Shown here: one piece after another, positions 44,700-55,313 of the stretch
Layout: each line of letters begins with the position of its first letter
Position numbering within the stretch: position 1 is the stretch's first letter
Assembly (NCBI GenBank): GCA_030167865.1
Contig: JALAGF010002089.1
Location: 1-64,000, forward strand
DNA from: Craspedostauros australis
Taxonomy: Eukaryota
Direction of reading: 5' to 3'
Length of the DNA: 64,000 nucleotides
Program-made: the position numbers and the translations under genes
The notes under the pieces: generated by a model
The model's database searches: none
What the model was told of the DNA's origin: nothing
The model's input: the letters and a program-made list of their open reading frames with translations, nothing else

Positions 44700-45575
44700 T
44701 TATGCTTTCTCGCCACGTCCATCCTGTCTCAGACGTCCATCGTCGTAGATGCAGTAGAATCCCGTGCCTGGATCTGGCCTGCCCTCAAAGCCAATGAGCT
44801 TCTCAACTCCAGCTGGCACATCATCGGAAGTGAGTACGGCCTTGTCGACGACCGCCCAATCGTCCTTGTCATCATCAAAGTACGCCCATTCGACCTGTAT
44901 CTTCGCCGAGACCTTCATTGGGTACAACCGCTTGGCATGCTGTGATGTCGATTGGTTCGTTCGTTGTGTGGAGAGAGACATCGGAGCGTGAAGAAGATTG
45001 TGAGAGTGAATCGATTGGATAGAGTAAAGTGGAATAGAGTAGATATGCAGTGGCAATACCAAGAACTGCATTCGCAACAGCAACAGCGATGCAGCACTCG
45101 CATCGATCTGCGACGACCATCTCCTCACAATCACAAAAGACGAAGCACGACAAACGAGAAAGCAAGCAAGCGACGACGACAGAGTGAGGCAACTCACCTC
45201 CGCAATGATCGCCCTCTGCCTGGCCACCGCGATGGCAGTGTACTGGTTGTTCTTGGACTTGACGCGTCCCACCTCGAGCCATTCCTCGGCGGCAGTAGGC
45301 TTGACGGCGACGCGGACCTTGGTATCCTTCTTGAAATCGATGTAACGATCCCACTGTTGCTTGGGCTTGAGCTTGGCCTCCTTCTTCTTCTTCTTCTTGC
45401 TGCTGTCGGCAGACTTGTCGCCACCCCCGAATCCAGCGGACAACGCGGTGGTTGGGGCTATCTGACGCGCGAAGGCGACCGACGGTGTGGAGAACGCGTG
45501 CGTGGACAATGGCAGAGCCGCCAATAGCAAGGCGACGCCGACGGCGATCATGCGCTGCTGCATTGTTGCTGCCAT
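44700..45575 (-). CDS. Plastid-targeted HHL1-like protein (2 exons)
   Basis: Presequence ...LPLSTHA|FSTP...TTALSAGFG. Exons 45575-45198 and 44939-44700 join across the GTGAGT...CAG intron 45197-44940 to give WLEVGRVKS...AVARQRAIIAE-HAKRLYP...IGFEGRPDPGTGFYC. I recall this pattern from the HHL1-like family, but that is unverified. Confidence 0.7.
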   Translation of the reverse strand: MAATMQQRMIAVGVALLLAALPLSTHAFSTPSVAFARQIAPTTALSAGFGGGDKSADSSKKKKKKEAKLKPKQQWDRYIDFKKDTKVRVAVKPTAAEEWLEVGRVKSKNNQYTAIAVARQRAIIAEVSCLTLSSSLACFLVCRASSFVIVRRWSSQIDASAASLLLLRMQFLVLPLHIYSIPLYSIQSIHSHNLLHAPMSLSTQRTNQSTSQHAKRLYPMKVSAKIQVEWAYFDDDKDDWAVVDKAVLTSDDVPAGVEKLIGFEGRPDPGTGFYCIYDDGRLRQDGRGEKA

Positions 45576-46433
45576 CCTGATTGTGTTGGTTTGCTTTGGT
45601 GGAGGTCTGGTGGTCCAATGCTCCGTTGCTACTTGTAGCTCGGAATGTGTTCTCTCCAAGTGCTCTACGATGGTATGAGGTGTTTGCTGATGTTGTTGCG
45701 ATCAGAGCTGAATTGAGTTGAATCGAGTTGAACTGAGGTGAGTTGAAGCGTCACAACGTGGCGCTCCAGGTGGTCGCCTTGAAGATGCTGAGTGGCAGTG
45801 CGACGATGAAGATGATGCAAAGCCACAGCGAGACGCGATGGACGCAAAAAGTGGGGAGAGTTCACAAGGAGGAAGAGAGGACGTTCCTGAGCAGATGGCC
45901 GATGTAGTTGCATTCGGCGGCCACAAGAGAGAGAGGAAGTTGCCGATCGAACACCGCCACGGTCGTCACAAACACCGTTCGTATCTTTTTTCATCCCCAC
46001 ACGTGTTGCGTGTTGTCGTGTCGTGTGTTGTCGTGTCGGGTTGGCTGACGAAGTTGCACAGCTGACTGGAAATTGGGCGTCAAATTGAAAATAAAGTCGA
46101 ACAACTGTTGGTCTGGCGGGTCGACCATCGAAGAACGCCATCAGCTATTCGTGATCGATGGATCACGATTCGATTTGTCTCGAGTCATGCATATCAGGAC
46201 TGGATGGAGCAAAATGCAACAACTGACACTTTTTTCGTCGAGGAACACCAGAAAGACTGAGCGAGGAAGGTCACATAAACCTTTGTTCGCCCAATTCTCT
46301 GGCCTGAATTCGGCACAGCCAACCATGTGAACGGAAAAGACTGCTGAACAAAAAGTGCTACCAGCAGATTGCGCGAAAAGTGGACCCACCAGAGAGGCAG
46401 GTGCAGACACAAGAGAGAAGGTATTGGTACGGT

Positions 46434-46477
46434 AGTGCAGTGCAGTGCAGTGCAGTGCAGTGCAGTGGAGTGGAGTG
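46434..46477. repeat. (AGTGC)6(AGTGG)2 pentanucleotide microsatellite
   Basis: Directly visible in the divergent intergenic region. Confidence 0.9.
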
Positions 46478-47187
46478 AGAGATCATACCAATAGCGCAGC
46501 GCAGAGGACTCCATTGGTCTTGACAGAGGAGAAGGATCAGAGAGTGTAATAGAAACGAAGAAGTTGAGCTGGATCCGATCAAAGAGACACCAACTCATGC
46601 CATTGAGAAAGGAGGTCATCGCGATCTCGAAGTCGAACTCGACGTCCAAGCCAACGCCAACGTCAGAGCTAAAGTCAAAGTCAAAGGAAAGCGGAAGCAG
46701 AGAGAAGGAAAGCGTCGTTGTCCTCTCTTGTCGAGGCAGAAAGGAGCACAAAACAAGACGAAGCACCTCGACCGACACCATACTCGTACTCGTGCCCAAC
46801 AGACAATACTCTGAGTGCATTGAGCACATTGAGTATAATACATTGGTGATCGGAACCCCCAACAGGCGAAGACAACGACTAGAGTCACAATACTCTGCTC
46901 GTTTCTCACTTCCACCATTGTGCACAAACCAGAGCGTATATCACGAGCCATACTCACACTCATCAATACACAGTATCCATCACAAGCGAAGAGATCTGCG
47001 ACGGCCACTCATTTTGTGACCATCTGAACGGCCGCATCCCGTCAAGCACAGAGTACCCTGGAAGGAGTGCACCCATCCAGTGCCTACCTCACTAGCCAGC
47101 TCATTCATTCATTCATTCATTCATTCACCCAACAAACAAGCAAACAAGCAGTCTAACAACCAAACAAGCATATATCCAACAAGTACC

Positions 47188-50100
47188 ATGTCCACCTCAG
47201 ATGAACCCATGCTGCCTTCCGACGCCTCCGTTGAGGACGACGACTCCGGGGCCTTCCAACCACCCGCCAGCACCAACTCGCTGCTGCCGCATTCCTTGGC
47301 CAATATGCCACCCAACGACGGCCCGTCTGCCAATCCCCACGACGCCTCCATGTCCGTGTACGATTACGAAACGGTGGACGAATCCACCATTGGAGGTCTC
47401 GGCGAATCCACCTACACATACGATTACGTTTCGGCATCCGACACGGAGAACGAGGATGGCAATCGATCCCTCGTGTCCTATCGCAGCGATGAAGACGACG
47501 TCACCGTGGACGAGAATGAAGAAGACGGAGAGGAAGAGGCGATGCTCAACGACGCAGCGGCGGCAAGCGATGACGATATGCAACAGGATCCAGGTGCCAG
47601 CATTTTGAACCGCAGCAATGACAAGGAGGAAACCGTCCGGATGGGCAACAAGAGATCGATCGTGGACGATGATGGCATCGATCAATCCCTCTTCATCGCA
47701 CCCGTCCAAAAGAAGCAGGTGTCATTCCACGACCTGGAGGAAGGCGCGACCGCCGACGACAACATCCAGCGCGGCAATTCGTCTGACATGATGTCCGAAG
47801 ATGAAATCTCGGAAGAAGGCGAATACAACGACGTCGTGGAGGAGGAGGAGGAAGAAGAAGAGGCAGACCTGTACGACGATCACACCATCGAAGATGGAGA
47901 TGCGGACGCAGCGCCGGTATCCTCATCCTCCCTCTACTCCGTCGCAGAGTCAACCATCGTGGAAATTGTGGACGACGACGAGGACCTGGGTCTGGAGACC
48001 GTGCAAGAAGAGAGCGTCAACGACGAGGACACGGTCGACGTCGAGACAGTCTCCGAATCGGAAGAGCAGCCAACGAGCTCCAACTTTGGCGACTCCGCAA
48101 GCTACGACGAGGAAACCATCGAGTACGTCGGACATTCGACGCAGAGTCTGCGCCAGGACGATCAGGATCCGCCTGCGGGATCCATGTCGCCGAGATCCGC
48201 CAACGACGAAAGCACCGCGCAGCACAACAGCATGCTCGACTCCGACGACGACTTCATCCAGGAGATGGACGACAGCATCACCGACGGTCCCACCCTCGAA
48301 TTCAGCTCGCACGAAAACACCGTGCCGCGCAATGAACCGGTCACGGACGACGAAGGCGATTTCCTTACAGAGGAATCGGACGCCGCCGATACGGCAAGCC
48401 CCCGGCCTCTCAAGAGAACCGTCAGCGCGGCGGGCAGTGCGGCGGGCAGCGAGATCGTGGGCAGCAACCGCACCCTGGAAAACAATGCCGCGGCCAGCAA
48501 TGATCAATCCAACAGCAGGCGCTCGGCGTCGCGCCAGGTCACGTTCAACGAGGCCAAAAACCAAGAGCATGAGAATGTGTACCACGAGGGCGACAGGCAC
48601 AAAATGGACCGCAACGGTGGCCAGCGGCTGGACCCGCCACTTACGTCCTCAGACCCGCGTGGGCACGATGAACAAGACGAGTACGACGATCATGGCGATG
48701 CCAACGATGACGATCGCAGCAACGATGGCAACAGCGATGGTGGCAGAGGCGTTGCAGGCAACGGCACGGAAGAAGAGATCGTGTTCCAACGCAGTGGACC
48801 TGAATCTGGCCTGTTCGATGATGACATCATGGATTCGGACATCGAAGGCGATTCCTTCACGTCTCCCGTGGATCCGAATCGAAGGAAGCCACAGCCGTAC
48901 GGTTTTTCTGCGTTCAACGATAACGACGAAAGCTCATCCACCCCAGCCGAAAACATCCCTCCGCAGCATCAACAACAGCCGTACCAACAGCACCATTCGT
49001 CCACGATACCCAGCATGAACGATCGCAGCGTCGGCGACGATGATGGAAGAAGCCGGGGCAGCAGTAGCGCCAGTGCCAGCACCAGCAGCAACAGAAGGCG
49101 AAATCAACATCGAGACGATGAGAGCAACGATGAGTATGCTGCGCGCACGATGCTGCCAAGTCCCATGCTGGATGACAGCGACTCTCAATCGCAGCCACCG
49201 GAATCTGCTGGCTCCATCAACAACGCGCGATCGCTTGGCGGCGGTATTCTCAGTGCGGCACCAGAGGGCGACGAAGAGGAAGAGATCGTGTTCCAGGCTG
49301 ACGTCGAGACGGGCAATTCTCGATCCGCCAGTTCTCGCTCGAAGATGCCCACCCCAGTGACCACCATCACAGCGGACATGGACAGCTCGGACTATTACGA
49401 CGAGGAAACTGACGAAGACGAGGATCGCAAGGAGCGCAGGAAGTACCTTGTGCCGATCCTGTTCTGCGCGGTCTTCCTCATTGCCGTCATCGTGGTGCTG
49501 ACAGTGATATTCGCGACTGCAGACAACAACAATACGACCCGTTCCGCTAGCGTGTTGCTGACACCGCAACCAACGGAAGTACCGTCCTTCTCACCAACTT
49601 CACCTCAACCCGTTGCTCCGGTGGCAGTCACGACGTCGGCACCCTCGCAATCTCCGGTTGCAACCCTGCAGCCAACAGGCGTGCCCACAGAACCGCCGTC
49701 TGTGGCGCCAGAACAGCAGGCATCGGAAAGCCCGACTGCCCCTCTGGTGCCTTCCAATGACGGTTGCCCGAATGCCGTCGGTCCTCTCTTTCCGAACACG
49801 GGAGGCATCACGGGCACCATCGAGGGGTCTAATGTCAACCTTGATGCACCAGTCCCGTGCGGCGATGTGAACTCCAACGATGCCGGCGTTTGGTACTTCA
49901 TTGAGGGCATCGGAGGAGAGATGCTGGCGCACACGTGCCGGTCGACAGACTTCGATTCTAAGATCACCATCTACACCGGACCATGTTCCGAGCTGCGTTG
50001 CGTGGAGGGTAACGACGATTTCTGTGGCAACGGCGGATCGGCTGTGTCTTGGTTGTCGAACGTCGGTCAGATCTACAGCATCTACGTCCACGGCAATGTG

Positions 50101-51000
50101 GAGGAGCAGCAGAGTGGCAACTTCGAGTTGGCCATCGTGTCACGATTGAACGATGAATGCGGCACGGCGCTGGGACCATTCCCTGTCAATACAGGAAACG
50201 ATGTATCCGGATCCACAGCGTTGGCCTTGCCAGATCCTGAAGTCACCTGCGGTGTCGACGGTGTTTCGGCCGGCGATTCTCGCGGCGTATGGCATCTTGT
50301 TCGCGGAACGGGTGGCGACATCACGGCATCGACATGCGTTGAATCTTCTTTCGAATCACGAATCACCGTGTTGACGGGAGAGGAATGCTCGTCATTGAGT
50401 TGCATCCCGGCAAATTTCAATTCTTGCACCATCACGTGGTCGACGGTGCTGTTTCAGGATTACTACGTGGTCGTTCATGGTCCAAACCAGAACGAGTTCG
50501 GAACGTTCGGGCTGGCGTTGACGTCGACGCCATCGCCCGACAACGACGTCTGCGAGGATGGGTTGGGACCGATCCCGCTGGATGGACGTTCGGTTGTTTC
50601 GGGAACGACCGTCAATGCAACCGTCGAATCTGGCATTGGATCCTGCGGTGTGAGCGTGCTGGGACCGGGTGTTTGGTACTACGTCATCGGCGACGGCTCC
50701 AACGTCACCGCCTCGCTCTGCGATGACTCGGGCTTGTCGACTTTCGATACGCGCATCAGCGTGTACGACGGCGACTGCTCAGCATCCGCAGGCGGGCTTG
50801 GCAACCTGAATTGCATCGGCGGCAACGACAATGCCTGCGGCATCCAAGCGTCCTATACGTGGCCGTCGGTCGAAGGCCAACGGTACGCCGTATTGGTACA
50901 CGGACGGTTCGGCGAGACGGGGTCCTTCGACCTGAGGGTGATGTCAAAGAACAATGAGATCCCCAAGGGGGCAGATGGCTTCTTGAACCAGCGTCAGTAA
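47188..51000 (+). CDS. Large single-pass (type II) membrane protein: acidic disordered N-terminus, TM helix, S/T/P stalk, three tandem Cys-containing beta domains
   Basis: 1270-aa intronless ORF from ATG 47188. RRKY precedes the TM LVPILFCAVFLIAVIVVLTVIFA (about 49447-49515). Repeats begin NDxC at 49756, 50149 and 50542 and share GVW(Y/H), AxxC, F(D/E)xxI, LxC and YxxxVHG...GxFxL. Confidence 0.88.
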   Translation: MSTSDEPMLPSDASVEDDDSGAFQPPASTNSLLPHSLANMPPNDGPSANPHDASMSVYDYETVDESTIGGLGESTYTYDYVSASDTENEDGNRSLVSYRSDEDDVTVDENEEDGEEEAMLNDAAAASDDDMQQDPGASILNRSNDKEETVRMGNKRSIVDDDGIDQSLFIAPVQKKQVSFHDLEEGATADDNIQRGNSSDMMSEDEISEEGEYNDVVEEEEEEEEADLYDDHTIEDGDADAAPVSSSSLYSVAESTIVEIVDDDEDLGLETVQEESVNDEDTVDVETVSESEEQPTSSNFGDSASYDEETIEYVGHSTQSLRQDDQDPPAGSMSPRSANDESTAQHNSMLDSDDDFIQEMDDSITDGPTLEFSSHENTVPRNEPVTDDEGDFLTEESDAADTASPRPLKRTVSAAGSAAGSEIVGSNRTLENNAAASNDQSNSRRSASRQVTFNEAKNQEHENVYHEGDRHKMDRNGGQRLDPPLTSSDPRGHDEQDEYDDHGDANDDDRSNDGNSDGGRGVAGNGTEEEIVFQRSGPESGLFDDDIMDSDIEGDSFTSPVDPNRRKPQPYGFSAFNDNDESSSTPAENIPPQHQQQPYQQHHSSTIPSMNDRSVGDDDGRSRGSSSASASTSSNRRRNQHRDDESNDEYAARTMLPSPMLDDSDSQSQPPESAGSINNARSLGGGILSAAPEGDEEEEIVFQADVETGNSRSASSRSKMPTPVTTITADMDSSDYYDEETDEDEDRKERRKYLVPILFCAVFLIAVIVVLTVIFATADNNNTTRSASVLLTPQPTEVPSFSPTSPQPVAPVAVTTSAPSQSPVATLQPTGVPTEPPSVAPEQQASESPTAPLVPSNDGCPNAVGPLFPNTGGITGTIEGSNVNLDAPVPCGDVNSNDAGVWYFIEGIGGEMLAHTCRSTDFDSKITIYTGPCSELRCVEGNDDFCGNGGSAVSWLSNVGQIYSIYVHGNVEEQQSGNFELAIVSRLNDECGTALGPFPVNTGNDVSGSTALALPDPEVTCGVDGVSAGDSRGVWHLVRGTGGDITASTCVESSFESRITVLTGEECSSLSCIPANFNSCTITWSTVLFQDYYVVVHGPNQNEFGTFGLALTSTPSPDNDVCEDGLGPIPLDGRSVVSGTTVNATVESGIGSCGVSVLGPGVWYYVIGDGSNVTASLCDDSGLSTFDTRISVYDGDCSASAGGLGNLNCIGGNDNACGIQASYTWPSVEGQRYAVLVHGRFGETGSFDLRVMSKNNEIPKGADGFLNQRQ

Positions 51001-51427
51001 TTGTCTCATCGTTCTTACTTTATGATGATACCGTGGACTTGATGGTGGAAGACGAGTGTTATGCAACAGATGCAGCGAAGTGGAGTGGAGCGAAGCAGTC
51101 CGCGATAGGTTGTGTTCTAAATACACCATTTTCGGGGGGATAAATGGTGCATGCAGCATCCGAAGAGCACAGACCAACAGAAGTATGTAATGTGATAGAC
51201 CCAAAGGGTTATGAATGTCATTCTCTGTCTTACTCTACTGTTCAAGCCACGTATGTACAAATGCCGGAGGCTTGTCTCCTTGATTGCTGTTCTGCAGTGT
51301 TGCAGCAAATCTGTGCTTGATGCAATCCCATTGCTTCCCCCAGTCGTTCCCAAGTACAAATAGAGTCATGAGGCCATCGACAAGACGACCGTCCTCGGAT
51401 GCGGAAGCAAGAGCATTCCTCCATCGG

Positions 51428-53017
51428 CTAGTGTCGCCGAGGTAACGCACCACCGCCCTGACTGTCCTCGTCGAAAATCGTCAGCGCATTCAAAATTGCC
51501 TGATCCATGTTGAAGTACTTGTAGTTCGCCAACCGTCCCACGAAGCGGACACCGTCCTCCTGCTGCGCCATGCGCTGATATCTCTCATACAGTTCACGAT
51601 TCCTGGGATTCGGCACAGGGTAGAAGGGATCGCCGCCATCCTTGGACCGTTCGTAGAATAGAACGGTGTGCGGTGAGGTGGTTTGATTCAAGAAGTGTTT
51701 GTACTCCACGATGCGGGTGTAGTCGTCCGATAAGGATGGATGGTTGATGACCGATCGCGGCTGAAAGTAGTTGGCGGTGCCAATGTCCGTGATCACTCTG
51801 CGTTCGAAGTCCAAGCTGCGATATTCCAGCTTGGGCCAACCGAGGGACGCGAAGTACGTATCGATTGGACCCGTGTAGTACGTCATGTCGCATCGGATGG
51901 CATCAGGATCATGCGAGAGGGATGGATCGCGAATGCTGGCAAAGTAATCCGTGTTGACATGGACTTCAATGTTGTCGTGCTGCAGCAGATTGTGGAAGAA
52001 GGCAGTGTATCCATCCGACGGCAGTGCCTGATACGGATCATCGAAATACCGAGGATCGTGGCTGTTGCGAACTGGGATGCGCGCCGTGACCTCTGGCCCC
52101 AATTCGTTCGGTTGCTTGTTCCATTGCTTGACGGTGTATGGGTGGAAGATGAGGTCGTACAGCCGCCGACCGACTCTGGACAATGCCATCTCCTCGGAAT
52201 TGCTGGGCGATCCCTCGTGCTGCGGCATCTCCCGTTCCTTCTCCAACCATTCGTCCATTTCTCGGCTGTCGCTGATATTGAGATCAAACAATCGATTCAC
52301 GGTGTCGATGTTGACAGGTATCGGGACGTGCTGGCCATCCACCCAGCCCTGCACTTCGTGCTCGTACGTCGTCCATCCGCTAAACTGCTGCACGTAGCTC
52401 CACACGCGCGTTGATTTGGTGTGGAAGATGTGAGCACCGTACTTGGAGACTCGGATATCCGTCTCCGCGTCGATGTAGTCATAGCAGTTGCCGCCAATAT
52501 GATCGCGCTTCTCCACGACCAGCACGCGCTTGCCTTGCTGCGAGGCGTACCGTTCGGCCAGCACGGCTCCGCTGAGGCCCGCACCGGCGATGCAGATATC
52601 GTACTGCTTTCGTTGGAATTGCGATCGGCGCGGCGATGTTGGTTCCTGTTGCTGTTCGTTGATCGTCTGTGGACGCGTCTGTGTCTGTGTCTGTGTCCGT
52701 GGCTGCGTCTGTGGATGCATCTGCGCGTTCAATGACGCCGACGAAGACGGACGAGGAGATGAGGAAGCCAGGACGGACCTGCTCGGCGACGATGTGACGA
52801 GGACATGACGGGTGTGATGAAGGTGGAAAACGAAGCTGAGGGTGTACAATCCGCAGAAGAGGACGAGCAGAGTGGCCAAGCCGCAGAAAGGTCGCTGCCG
52901 CTTCCGCGTTTTTTGTTGCTGTTGATGATGGTATGCCTGTTCCTGTGCTCGTGCCTGTGGACGATCACGATTACGATTTTGCCGCAGCCCTTGTCGTTGC
53001 GCCTTCGGACCACCCAT
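51428..53017 (-). CDS. glf: UDP-galactopyranose mutase (prokaryote-type) with an N-terminal membrane anchor and stem
   Basis: GAGLSG FAD motif, EKRDHIGGNCYD, YGAHIFHT, YTVKQW, RIPVR, YQALP..GY, YTGPID.YF, LEYRSL, TRIVEYKHF, GRLANYKYFNMDQAI. These are preceded by RKRQR + FCGLATLLVLFCGLYTLSFVF and an S/P/Q/T stem. Intronless. Confidence 0.95.
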   Translation of the reverse strand: MGGPKAQRQGLRQNRNRDRPQARAQEQAYHHQQQQKTRKRQRPFCGLATLLVLFCGLYTLSFVFHLHHTRHVLVTSSPSRSVLASSSPRPSSSASLNAQMHPQTQPRTQTQTQTRPQTINEQQQEPTSPRRSQFQRKQYDICIAGAGLSGAVLAERYASQQGKRVLVVEKRDHIGGNCYDYIDAETDIRVSKYGAHIFHTKSTRVWSYVQQFSGWTTYEHEVQGWVDGQHVPIPVNIDTVNRLFDLNISDSREMDEWLEKEREMPQHEGSPSNSEEMALSRVGRRLYDLIFHPYTVKQWNKQPNELGPEVTARIPVRNSHDPRYFDDPYQALPSDGYTAFFHNLLQHDNIEVHVNTDYFASIRDPSLSHDPDAIRCDMTYYTGPIDTYFASLGWPKLEYRSLDFERRVITDIGTANYFQPRSVINHPSLSDDYTRIVEYKHFLNQTTSPHTVLFYERSKDGGDPFYPVPNPRNRELYERYQRMAQQEDGVRFVGRLANYKYFNMDQAILNALTIFDEDSQGGGALPRRH

Positions 53018-53635
53018 CTGCCTCAACTGCCGGTCTCTTCAGTTCCTTTCTCCATTTGTGGGAAGTGAATGTGGAGGAGCTCCAGAGAGAGAGAGAGCAA
53101 GTATGATGAAGAACAACGGAGCAGAACAGGCTCCTCTTGAACTCTTTGACACCATCAATGGAGGGAGCGATTTGGCGAACAGCGCAGCGGTCATTTGCGT
53201 GCGTTGGCGTGACTGGTCATTTCTCATTTGTCCGCGATGTCCACGCCTTTTCGTGCACAATCACGATACAAGGACACACGATTGGATGGCATGGAAACAC
53301 GATTGCGAAAATACGATGAGAAACAGATTGAGTACGTCTGTCCTCCCACACGCTGGCGGCACATTGTTGGCGCCAAAATCACCACACGATTTGTGACGTT
53401 TGTTGTGACAAATCTGTGTTGTTGCCGTTGATGCGGTTGTTGATGGTGTTCTGTCGCAGCGCAAACAGAACGGAATCATCGCGCATCTGCATCGTCCGAT
53501 CCATCCATCCATCCATCCATCGATCAATCGACCACTTCATCAACACACTTGGCGTCAAATAGCACTGTTCAACTCGTTGTCATCACCTTCAGTATTCACG
53601 CATCAACGTACCGACGTCTCAACACAGTTTTCACA

Positions 53636-54565
53636 ATGAGATCTATCATCGCGGCCAGCGTCCTTGCTTGGGCATCCATCGCCCATGCGTTCGTCCCAAC
53701 CACCTCGTTCGGCATGGCGCCCGTCAAGTCCGCAACCGCGCTGAATGTGGCCATCGACACGTCCGATATCAAGAATGGATTGACCGTCGAGATTGATGGT
53801 GAACCGTACAAGGTGCTCAACTTCAGCATCATGAAGCAGGCGCGTGGTGCCGCCAAGACGACCATCAAGTTCAAGAACCTCATGCGAGGCAACACCATCG
53901 AGAACACGTACCGCAGTGGAGAGAAGTTCCAGACGGCGCAGATTGACAAGTCCAACCACGTGTTCACGTACGAAGATGGGGTGAGTGTGTGGAGAGGGTC
54001 ATGCTAGCACGAATGAGGCGCTTCATTGCATTATTGCATGCTCCGAGATTTGAAAGGAAAGGAGGTGCAAGTCGCAATGCACAGAATTGTTCCTTCGGAG
54101 CAGGCCAGCACACACGCATCATTGACTTGGCCGCTTTCTCACCAATGTCACACACTCTTCGTCTGAATATACGATGGCGGTGCTGCACAACTGCGGCGAC
54201 GTGCCTCCCCACACCTACTTCACATTTTGCCATTCTATCACACGACACAGAACAGCTTCTTCTTCATGGATTCTCAGACATTCGATGAAGTGCCAGTCGA
54301 TGCCAACGTAGTGGAATCCGCGGATCTGATCGCTGAGGGCATGGAGGTCATGTTGGTCTTCTTCAAGGATAAGGTGATCGAATGCGTCCTGCCAAAGAAC
54401 GCCATCTACACCGTGACTGAGACCGGCCCCAACGCCGGCGCCGGCAAGGACAAACCAGCTGTTCTGTCCAGCGGCGCCACGATCAGCGTGCCGGGATACG
54501 TTGAGGTCGGCGAAACGATCAGGATCGACACAGAGAAGAGAGAGTTTTTGGGGAGAGCCAGCTAG
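53636..54565 (+). CDS. efp: Plastid-targeted elongation factor P family protein (219 aa, 2 exons)
   Basis: Presequence MRSIIAASVLAWASIAHA|FVP...TALN. Exons 53636-53980 and 54251-54565 (GTGAGT...CAG intron, phase 0). EF-P motifs DIKNGLTVEIDGEPYKV, FKNLMRG...TYRSGEK, FTYEDG-NSFFFMD, KPAVLSSGATISVP.YVEVGETIRIDT. Confidence 0.92.
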
Positions 54566-55313
54566 AGCAAACGACTCAAATTGAAGTGGACGCAAGTCGT
54601 GACGCAGAGTGTGTGTGCGCGTGTCGCAAGCGCTGCAGCCGAGAGATCATCATGCGAGTTCTGTACGACGACGCGCGAGTATGTTCGCAGGAGGTGGATC
54701 AATCGATTGCTATCATGATCACGTGACAGCAACACCAGCATCGGTGGCAGCATCGGTGGCAGCGGCAGTGCCAGTGCGATGAATGAGGTGACGATCACCA
54801 AGCACGCCAGCCAAGAATAGGAGCGTAATACGATATGACGTGCATGGCTACAGATTATTCTGCCACACAACTACTCTAATCCATACTCTCTCGTTGATCT
54901 CTGTGCTCATGTCTTCTATTTTACTCTACGTTACCTCGTCTCTCTGCCAAACGTTCTCTAGATTACGGCTCGTTAGACTTTCTACGCTTGCGATGAACGG
55001 CGAAGTTGCGTTTGTCCGTCTGTCTGTCTGTCCACATGAAAGGAAGACGAAGATCTGCCGATCACAAACCTGACATGTCCACGACAACTGACGAATCTAA
55101 ACGCCATTCCAAACATCAACACCTCCGACATCCCAATCAACATCAACATCAACATCAACATCAACATCGGAACTCCAGTTGTACTCGCATGGGACGACTT
55201 ATGGCACACATCACAACACATCACACCAGATCACATCACATCACATCACAACACTCCGCAAGCCACAGAAGATAACTGCAACACATTCCATTCATACTCT
55301 AACCCAACTCAAG

